This document shows positions 10,634-33,691 of a stretch of 33,691 nt of DNA, in pieces (position 1 is the stretch's first letter; the number at the start of each line of letters is the position of its first letter). The DNA lies in assembly GCA_964016885.1 (NCBI GenBank), contig CAXHJY010001212.1, forward strand, positions 1 through 33,691, written 5' to 3'. This DNA is from Eledone cirrhosa (taxonomy: Eukaryota). The position numbers and the translations under genes were made by a program. The notes beneath the pieces were generated by a model, which worked only from the letters and a program-made list of their open reading frames with translations, was not told the origin of the DNA and made no database searches.

Positions 10634-12994
10634 ATGGGTAATATCTATCCTACGAGGTTACCCTTTAATAAAAGAGTTTGCATACCACAACAAATAGATG
10701 ACGAGACGGAGGCACAGTTCACCATAGCTAGAAATAAGATTAGACAAGTAGTAGACAGGTACACTATGAGACAGAGCAGACCAGAGGCCCAACAACTTGG
10801 GATAAAACCTGTAGAAGGCTTGGTTAGCCTCAAGCAGCGCACAAGGGATGGTGAGGTAGTGTGTCTACCCACAGATAAGTCTGGTAGGATGTCAATAGAT
10901 AGCATGCCGAACTACATCGAGGCAATGCAACCCCACATCACCAACACGAGCGAAGTTGCACAACTAACACACGATGGGAGAGAAAAAATCCTCAACGCTC
11001 ACATGATGATGTGGACTGACATCCTAAAGCCAAGCAGACGCACTGCCAACAACTTCCAGGCGTCTAACAATGGCATACCACCCTTGTATGGGCTCCGCAA
11101 AGACCACAAGACAGTCGACGACCCGACAATAGGACCACCAACAAGACCTGTATGCGGAGCTAATATAGCTAGCAACTACAGGATCTCCTACTTCCTCTCA
11201 ATGGTTATACGCCCCATAATCAAGATGTCCCCAGATGTATGTGAAAGTACAGAGGACCTCCTCAGCGGAATCAGTGAGTGCAACAAAAACAGGAGCCTAT
11301 CCAACTGCATAATAGGCAGCATGGATGTGGTGTCACTGTACCCATCCATTAACATTGATTTTGCTGTGAAAAGATGTGTGGAGATGATCATTGAGAGTGA
11401 GGTGGAGTTCTGCGACGTCGACACAGACGAACTGGGCCTCCTACTTAGACTTACCTACGACACTGACTACCTAGACAGCCATGACCTTAGATGTTTCTGC
11501 CCTAGTAGACCTATAAGAGGTAGACCCCCCACCATAACCTCAATGGCTAAAAAGACTCCCATAGGAAGGTGGATTGGGTGGACCAAAGCTATACGGACCC
11601 CCCAAAACACTGATCAGGTAAGAAAAATGGTCGCACATGCAATAGGGGCTAGTATCAAAACTACCCTAAAGGGCCACATATTTAAGTTCAATGAGAAAAT
11701 CTACACCCAAAATGAGGGAGCAGCCATCGGCGTCAGCATAGCTGGCGATGTTGCCAACCTTTTCATGGTATGGTGGGAAAGGAGACTTAAAGATCTCCTT
11801 AATGAAAGCTCCATAGACCTCATCATGTACTCTCGTTATGTAGACGATATCAATATAGTTATAAGAACACCCCCACTAGAGAGCACTAACAAGTTTGATT
11901 TAGAACGTAGCACGATGGAAAGCATCCAGCAGATAGCTAATTCCATACACCAGAGTATAACTGTAACTATAGACTTCCCTTCCAAACACCCTAACAATAG
12001 ACTACCTGTATTAGACACAGAACTCTGGATTAACACTATAGACGAGAGAGCCCAAATTCTCCACTCACACTATGCTAAACCCATGGCCTCCAAATACCTG
12101 ATACTCAAAAACTCAGCAATGTCCAGTAGTGCTAAGTTTAATATTCTGATCGCAGATTTGGTACGAGTGATGAAGAATGTGTCCAGCATGTGCGACCCAA
12201 CAGAAATGGAAGGACACATCCAACACTTCATCAACCGCATGCAGTTCTCTGGCTACAACCAAAGAGACAGAGTCAGAGTATACGAAGGAGCCATGGAAAA
12301 GTATAAGACCCTCATAGAACTGGACATGAAAGGAATTTGCCCACTATACAGGAGCAAATCATGGAATAGCTTAGATAGGGCTAGACATAAGATAGGGAAG
12401 GCCACATCATGGTACGACAACCAGAGATATCAGAGTGTCATGTTTGTGGACGCCACCCCTGGAGGGAAATTAGCTAACCAGTGTAGAAAGGCCCTGAGAA
12501 AGACCCACTTAAAAATAAAGGTGGTAGAAAAGCCAGGAACCACCATAAAATCCCTGATCAGCAAAACCTACCCTTTTAAGAAAACCCACTGTACCAATAG
12601 GAAATGTATCATATGTAAGGTGAACCCCCGGATAAACTGTAAAACTAGAAACGTAGTCTATAGCATAAGATGTACAGAGGGTACTTGCAGAAACACGACA
12701 ACAACATACATAGGTGAGACAGCTCGTAGCATAGGTGAAAGGATAGACCAACACTGGGGGGAACTAAAAGGACGAAAAAACGGGTCAGTACTATACGAAC
12801 ATGCTAGACAACATCATGACGGTAACATAGACAACATAGAAATTAGAATAATATCTAAACATAGGAATGACCCAGCAGATAGGCAAATCAGAGAGGCCAG
12901 TGAAATAGAAATTAGAAGACCAAAGCTAAACAGAAAGAATGAGTGGAACAACAACAACACCCAAACAAACAACACTGACCTAAGAGAAGTATAA
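10634..12994 (+). CDS. Penelope-like reverse transcriptase-GIY-YIG endonuclease polyprotein (786 aa, probably N-truncated)
   Basis: RT motifs PTDKSGR, LYGLRKDHK, GSMDVVSLYPSI, GAAIGVSIAGDVANLFM, YSRYVDD, LPVLD. Cys linker CTNRKCIIC...C. Endonuclease motifs NVVYSIRC..C..YIGETARS..ER..QH, H...HH, RQIRE, PKLN. The frame is open to the fold-back junction. Confidence 0.93.
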   Translation: MGNIYPTRLPFNKRVCIPQQIDDETEAQFTIARNKIRQVVDRYTMRQSRPEAQQLGIKPVEGLVSLKQRTRDGEVVCLPTDKSGRMSIDSMPNYIEAMQPHITNTSEVAQLTHDGREKILNAHMMMWTDILKPSRRTANNFQASNNGIPPLYGLRKDHKTVDDPTIGPPTRPVCGANIASNYRISYFLSMVIRPIIKMSPDVCESTEDLLSGISECNKNRSLSNCIIGSMDVVSLYPSINIDFAVKRCVEMIIESEVEFCDVDTDELGLLLRLTYDTDYLDSHDLRCFCPSRPIRGRPPTITSMAKKTPIGRWIGWTKAIRTPQNTDQVRKMVAHAIGASIKTTLKGHIFKFNEKIYTQNEGAAIGVSIAGDVANLFMVWWERRLKDLLNESSIDLIMYSRYVDDINIVIRTPPLESTNKFDLERSTMESIQQIANSIHQSITVTIDFPSKHPNNRLPVLDTELWINTIDERAQILHSHYAKPMASKYLILKNSAMSSSAKFNILIADLVRVMKNVSSMCDPTEMEGHIQHFINRMQFSGYNQRDRVRVYEGAMEKYKTLIELDMKGICPLYRSKSWNSLDRARHKIGKATSWYDNQRYQSVMFVDATPGGKLANQCRKALRKTHLKIKVVEKPGTTIKSLISKTYPFKKTHCTNRKCIICKVNPRINCKTRNVVYSIRCTEGTCRNTTTTYIGETARSIGERIDQHWGELKGRKNGSVLYEHARQHHDGNIDNIEIRIISKHRNDPADRQIREASEIEIRRPKLNRKNEWNNNNTQTNNTDLREV

Positions 12995-13137
12995 ATAAAT
13001 AAGTAAATTAAATTAAATAAAATAAGATAAATAAATACATACACAAGCACATAAACACACACTAGTCACCCAGCAGACAACACTATACACACTAGTCACA
13101 CATCACACATCACACATAACACTATACACACACGCAA

Positions 13138-13231
13138 ACGCATGCGCAAAGAAGACAAAATAAAATAAGATAAACAAACAAGCAAATAAATAAATAAATA
13201 TATAGACAGACTGAACAAAAAAAAAATGGCG
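13138..13231 (+). promoter_or_regulatory. Candidate pseudo-LTR promoter: NRF1-like CGCATGCGC + YY1-like AAAATGGCG
   Basis: The same two motifs occur in the same order in family A (32-41/70-78; 8141-8150/8181-8189), upstream of the hammerhead. Confidence 0.45.
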
Positions 13232-13280
13232 TAGACATACAACACAACAGGAGGAACAATGAAGAGGAACAATGAATATA

Positions 13281-13323
13281 ACACCACTGACGATGTTGCA
13301 GATGTGCAACGAAAGATTTATGT
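13281..13323 (+). ncRNA. Hammerhead ribozyme motif (family B)
   Basis: ca-CTGACGA-t-gttgca gatg tgcaac-GAAA-gatt-TA-tg. Perfect 6-bp stem II but only a 2-bp contiguous stem I. Confidence 0.62.
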
Positions 13324-13573
13324 AAACTATATATATATGTGTTTGTCTATATTGTATCTGTATTATTTTTGACCGCCGGTCAGTCAATGGCAACATTGAG
13401 GACCGAGTAAGTTAGATCGCAGATATATATATATAAAAGACAGCGAGAAGCGAAAACCAACCAAACAGTGAGTGTGTTCTGTTATTAATTCTGGCAATAT
13501 TACGCAAATATGACCCTCCCCAAATATAACAATATCTGTTTCGACACACGATTTCATATAAAAAACCTCGCAA

Positions 13574-14268
<695 letters not shown>

Positions 14269-14426
14269 TATTGTTATACTTTGGGAGGGTCATGTTGCCA
14301 ATAAGAAACACACGCACCAGTTGCTTTCACTTCAATTTAATTTAATATATATTTATAAATTTACAAATTTATAAATTTCTGGTTGGTTGGTTGGTTCCAC
14401 AACCAGATAGTTGTTTATATATATAT

Positions 14427-14471
14427 AGTCATAGTTCTTTCGTCACACACTCTGTGACCTCTTCAGTGACT
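14427..14471 (-). ncRNA. Minimal type-I hammerhead ribozyme (family A)
   Basis: Exact reverse complement of 125-169. Confidence 0.8.
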
Positions 14472-14535
14472 CACACAAACAAAATGGCGTAGGATAGAAG
14501 AAAGGAAAGGCACAGAAACGAAGAAAGAAATCCCC

Positions 14536-14580
14536 AGTCACTGAAGAGGTCACAGAGTGTGTGACGAAAGAACTATGACT
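14536..14580 (+). ncRNA. Minimal type-I hammerhead ribozyme (family A)
   Basis: Identical to 125-169. Confidence 0.8.
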
Positions 14581-14790
14581 ATATATATATAAACAACTAT
14601 CTGGTTGTGGAACCAACCAACCAACCAGAAATTTATAAATTTGTAAATTTATAAATATATATTAAATTAAATTGAAGTGAAAGGGCAACATGACCCTCCC
14701 AAAGTATAACAATATCGGTCGGTTTCAACACACGATTTCAGATAAAGAATCTTGCTAAACAAATTCAGAAACGAAATATATATATATATT

Positions 14791-14876
<86 letters not shown>

Positions 14877-14882
14877 TATATG

Positions 14883-14995
<113 letters not shown>

Positions 14996-15008
14996 ATTTA
15001 TATATATT

Positions 15009-15071
<63 letters not shown>

Positions 15072-15263
15072 ATGTATATATATTTATATATATATATATA
15101 TGTATATATATTTATATATATATATATGTATATGGAAAGTTATATTTAAATTGTTGGGTTAACAACGAGTAAATATTTATAACTGATATAAAAGCACTCA
15201 ACAAGTATTTGGAGTATATTTATGATATTAAATAAATGGAAACTATATTTATAAAACCATATT

Positions 15264-15330
15264 TATTTCGTTTATATATATTTCAGGGATATCATATTAA
15301 CAATATGTTATGCCATCTTCAGACAAAATA
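15264..15330 (-). ncRNA. Type-I hammerhead ribozyme
   Basis: Reverse complement of 15871-15936 with one extra base. Confidence 0.65.
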
Positions 15331-15870
15331 CAATATAAACAGTCTTATAAATCAAATAGATACGACATACCTTTCAATCACCTTGCATTTGTGAGGTTGA
15401 TTTGGCAGTAAAAAATTGTGGACAGTTGTAAAAGAAAGAGATAAAGAGAGAAAGAAAGAGAAACGAAGAAAAAGAAGAAATGTATGTGACTAAATAGAGG
15501 GATATAGAAAGATAGATAAAGAGAAGACCTTCATGTAAAGAAACAGAGAGAAATATATATAGAGAGAGGAAAAAAAGAAAAGAAAGAGATAGATAGAGAT
15601 AGATAGAGAAATTAGGAAGTTGAGTATCGGTTGATACATTTATTTATTTATTTATTTATTTATTTAGCTCTAGTATTAATGTAAAGAGAGATGTATGTAG
15701 TTAAGAGAGAAAATAGCCGTTATATAGAGAGAAAAAAGAGAAAATGAAAAAGAGAAAATGAAACATAACCAGACATAAACGATGCAGAATTTAAAACCGC
15801 TATGTTTTATCCGTAGAAAATATTAGTTCGTATAAAACAGGCATTATAGTGTAAAACAGGCATTATATTG

Positions 15871-15936
15871 TATTTTGTCTGAAGATGGCATAACATATTG
15901 TTAATATGATATCCCTGAAATATATATAACGAAATA
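15871..15936 (+). ncRNA. Type-I hammerhead ribozyme
   Basis: tattttgt-CTGAAGA-(long stem II, catatt/aatatg core)-GAAA-tatata-TA-acgaaata. 8-bp stem I with one G.U; palindromic stem III. Confidence 0.7.
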
Positions 15937-16019
15937 AATATGGTTTTATAAATATAGTTTCCATTTATTTAATATCATATATATATGTATATATATTTAT
16001 ATATATATATATGTATATA

Positions 16020-16058
<39 letters not shown>

Positions 16059-16202
16059 ATATTTATATATAATGTAGGAGGTGAGTTTTATTGTAGTACA
16101 ATAAAGCAATGCAGATATCGGATAAGAAGCACTCTACATATATGTTGATTTAAAACTGCACTATCAACAAGTGTTTTTTAGCCTTCATATCATGTTCTCG
16201 CT

Positions 16203-16270
16203 GTTTTATCTGATGAAAACACAAATATTATTGCTTGATGATGTTTGATTTTGAAATGCGCATAATAAAC
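16203..16270 (+). ncRNA. Degenerate hammerhead-like motif in a ~235-bp island
   Basis: gttttat-CTGATGA-(caaatattatt gctt gatgatgtttg hairpin)-GAAA-tgcg-C-ataataaac. The U of the NUH triplet is missing. Confidence 0.4.
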
Positions 16271-16304
16271 TATATGGAACTCCTTTAACCATCTTTTGAT
16301 CTTA

Positions 16305-20070
<3,766 letters not shown>

Positions 20071-20336
20071 TACCAAACGTTGGTGTAAAAAGGTAACATT
20101 ATATGCATTTAAAAAAAGAAAAAGTCGTTTTCAACGATGGTTACAATATAAGAGAACGTTCAATTTTGCTGTCAAAAGTTTGTTTACCGACGTTTTAAAT
20201 GCAGTATATCTCTAAATTGCATACTTGCAGAATCGATGATTTTGCTGATATGCAGGCGCAGCAGCAATATTTTGCCAATCAAGGGAGAACGCTTGATTGT
20301 CCCTCCGAAGCTGCCAGGCTTTATCAGCGAGGGTTG

Positions 20337-21951
<1,615 letters not shown>

Positions 21952-21984
21952 GTGTGGCTGAAACAGGTAAAAGAGTAAAAGAGT
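21952..21984 (+). mobile_element. Probable SINE/LINE 3'-tail fragment
   Basis: tggctgaaacaggtaaaagagtaaaagagta with tandem GTAAAAGA; resembles octopus SINE tails from recall. Confidence 0.4.
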
Positions 21985-28992
<7,008 letters not shown>

Positions 28993-29123
28993 ACGTTATT
29001 CCGGGTTGAATCGGAGGTAACCACAGTAAGTAAGGTACTCAATACATAGCAGAGTATAAAAGTTTTAATATAGATGAGATTCTACAGGACTAGAACTATT
29101 TCATCCATTAGAAATCATCAGGA

Positions 29124-29128
<5 letters not shown>
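28993..29128 (-). mobile_element. ~136-bp dispersed repeat with hammerhead-like core (copy 1)
   Basis: Reverse complement of 29468-29603; near-identical to 33308-33445. Confidence 0.75.
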
Positions 29129-29160
<32 letters not shown>

Positions 29161-29163
<3 letters not shown>

Positions 29164-29266
29164 TTGCGAGGTTTTTTATATGAAATCGTGTGTCGAAACA
29201 GATATTGTTATATTTGGGGAGGGTCATATGCTGTGTACGCAAATATGACCCTCCCCAAATATAACA

Positions 29267-29270
<4 letters not shown>
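29161..29270. mobile_element. 110-bp minimal fold-back made only of PLE family B termini
   Basis: 29161-29229 is the reverse complement of 13508-13576 (with tail). 6-nt spacer gctgtg. 29236-29270 matches 13501-13535 (no tail). Confidence 0.9.
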
Positions 29271-29348
<78 letters not shown>

Positions 29349-29400
29349 GTATATATATATATATATATGTATGTATATATATATATATATATGTATATAC

Positions 29401-29455
<55 letters not shown>

Positions 29456-29467
29456 TATATATATATA

Positions 29468-29603
29468 CACATTCCTGATGATTTCTAATGGATGAAATAG
29501 TTCTAGTCCTGTAGAATCTCATCTATATTAAAACTGTTATACTCTGCTATGTATTGAGTACCTTACTTACTGTGGTTACCTCCGATTCAACCCGGAATAA
29601 CGT
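29468..29603 (+). mobile_element. ~136-bp dispersed repeat with hammerhead-like core (copy 2)
   Basis: CTGATGA-tttctaatggat-GAAA at 29475-29497; stems I and III are not canonical. Confidence 0.75.
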
Positions 29604-30522
<919 letters not shown>

Positions 30523-31130
30523 ATGGTGGCTGCCAACTCGTTTTCGAGTACGGCCACTACTTTATATCCATGTAGGAGAACCCCTACCGATGCCCTGAAC
30601 AAGTGTGACTTTTTAGTCCAGCCAGTGACTTGAAAACTCTGGTACAAACACTACACCTGTGACAATTATTGACACATAGTGCTGGGCCCATGGTACCATG
30701 TGACGACAAGTGCAGAGAGATCTCCAGATATAAAGCAATGCCTGTGCCGTGAAGCTTTTATAGTGAGCAAAGGCACTGCACAAAGCCAGTCCCACTCTCT
30801 TAACCAAGATGATATTTACCAAAAAGAAGAACAAGTCAACATCATTGGATACCATCAGGGTTGCAGGTGTTATATCAGAGTTTTCCTTCTCCTAGAATTC
30901 TGCCTTGACAAAGGCTAAGGGGTCATCTCTCCCGGTGATTTTGGATGGCCATTGACTCTTAAGAGCTCCTTTGCCCTTTGACAGGTTTTGTTTTTAGTCC
31001 TGCAGGATGTCCAAAGTCACCCTCCTCACCAAGAAACCTTGGTGGGGTTGCCAGTTTAGTCGCCAACGACCCGACCATGAGACAGGTTGTACTGGGATAC
31101 ATGTTACCAGTAGCACCAACTGGTGACCTG
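30523..31130 (-). mobile_element. ~610-bp RTE-derived bipartite non-autonomous element
   Basis: The 3' part encodes [23 protein letters not shown] and matches 2621-2838. The 5' part is structured and has GGAGAAGGAAAACTCTGA (RTE 5'-region-like, from recall). No RT. Confidence 0.65.
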
Positions 31131-32452
<1,322 letters not shown>

Positions 32453-32605
32453 ATAAATGCTCTGAAATAGCGATATATATGTGAATATAGACATAGAATA
32501 TTCGAAAATATTCTGTATGTTTATAATAAACATTTTGAAGACCTAATCGCTATAGAATAGAATACGTCACGTATTACAATTAGATTCTCGATAAAAGCAA
32601 GGGAA

Positions 32606-32648
32606 GTAATCTACGCGTTTCATTCTTGTTAGAAATCTTCAGGACTAC
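32606..32648 (-). ncRNA. Minimal type-I hammerhead ribozyme
   Basis: Reverse complement of 33070-33112 with one loop-II change. Confidence 0.88.
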
Positions 32649-33069
32649 ATATCCAGTGCTTTTATCGAGAATGACACAGCTAGAGACTTATAGAATACTT
32701 AGCTGTGTACAGGAACTGGTTTGAAAGAGCGGTTGCCGGTCCGGCAGAAATTAAGAAATTGGAATAAATGCTCTGAAATAGCGATATATATGTGAATATA
32801 GACATAGAATATTCGAAAAATATTCTGTATGTAATACGTGACGTATTCTATTCTATAGCGATTAGGTCTTCAAAATGTTTATTATAAACATACAGAATAT
32901 TTTCGAATATTCTATGTCTATATTCACATATATATCGCTATTTCAGAACATTTATTCCAATTTCTAATTTCTGCCGGACCGGCAACCGCTCTTTCAAACC
33001 AGTTCCTGTACACAGCTAAGTATTCTATAAGTCTCTAGCTGTGTCATTCTCGATAAAAGCACTGGATAT

Positions 33070-33112
33070 GTAGTCCTGAAGATTTCTAATAAGAATGAAA
33101 CGCGTAGATTAC
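33070..33112 (+). ncRNA. Minimal type-I hammerhead ribozyme
   Basis: gtagtc-CTGAAGA-tttct aata agaat-GAAA-cgcg-TA-gattac. 6-bp stem I, palindromic CGCG, GUA cleavage triplet (after 33106). Confidence 0.9.
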
Positions 33113-33234
33113 TTCCCTTGCTTTTATCGAGAATCTAATTGTAATACGTGACGTATTCTATTCTATAGCGATTAGGTCTTCAAAATGTTTATTATAAACA
33201 TACAGAATATTTTCGAATATTCTATGTCTATATT

Positions 33235-33295
<61 letters not shown>

Positions 33296-33307
33296 GTATA
33301 TATATAT

Positions 33308-33440
33308 ACGTTTATTCCGGGTTGAATCGGAGGTAACCACAGCAAGTAAGGTACTCAATACATAGCAGAGTATAAAAGTTTTAATATAGACGAGATTCTA
33401 CAGGACTAGAAACTATTTCATTCATTAGAAATCATCAGGA

Positions 33441-33445
<5 letters not shown>
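33308..33445 (-). mobile_element. ~136-bp dispersed repeat with hammerhead-like core (copy 3)
   Basis: Near-identical to 28993-29128. Confidence 0.75.

Positions 33446-33691
<246 letters not shown>

Larger units (their letters stand above)
15134..15979. mobile_element. Non-coding fold-back element with two hammerheads and one-sided tail
   Basis: Inverted arms 15221-15338 and 15863-15979, a purine-rich spacer, and a left-only tail 15134-15220 homologous to 1346-1408. Confidence 0.78.

Noticed and set aside
10634-12994. Selenocysteine-recoded or telomerase-type RT
   Set aside because: No in-frame TGA in the intact ORF, and it has a GIY-YIG domain with no TERT-specific domains recognised.
16078-16086. 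Perfect splice donor GAG|GTGAGT
   Set aside because: Only microsatellite lies upstream, so no supportable exon.

Overview
Gene-poor eukaryotic (animal) repeat window. The SINE sequences resemble, from recall, octopus-type SINEs. More than half of it is interrupted (AT)n microsatellite, and the many 'YIYIY' ORFs are artefacts of it. The islands in the microsatellite are almost all retroelements: a very young Penelope-like element (PLE; RT plus C-terminal GIY-YIG, 786-aa ORF) in a head-to-head fold-back (8998-13576); a decayed second PLE family joined head-to-head to a 5'-truncated L1/Tx1-type LINE (3661-8416); a CR1-type LINE; an RTE-derived non-autonomous element (2 copies); a mariner relic; and SINE pieces. 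The most striking pattern is a set of at least six coding and non-coding fold-back insertions in (AT)n that share one architecture: two head-to-head arms, usually with minimal type-I hammerhead ribozymes, one arm ending in a full 3' tail and the other stopping 28-87 nt earlier at an internal ATAT-like motif. About 16 hammerhead or hammerhead-like motifs of 6-7 sequence types are visible, including a 310-nt tandem retrozyme-like unit. No host gene can be supported.
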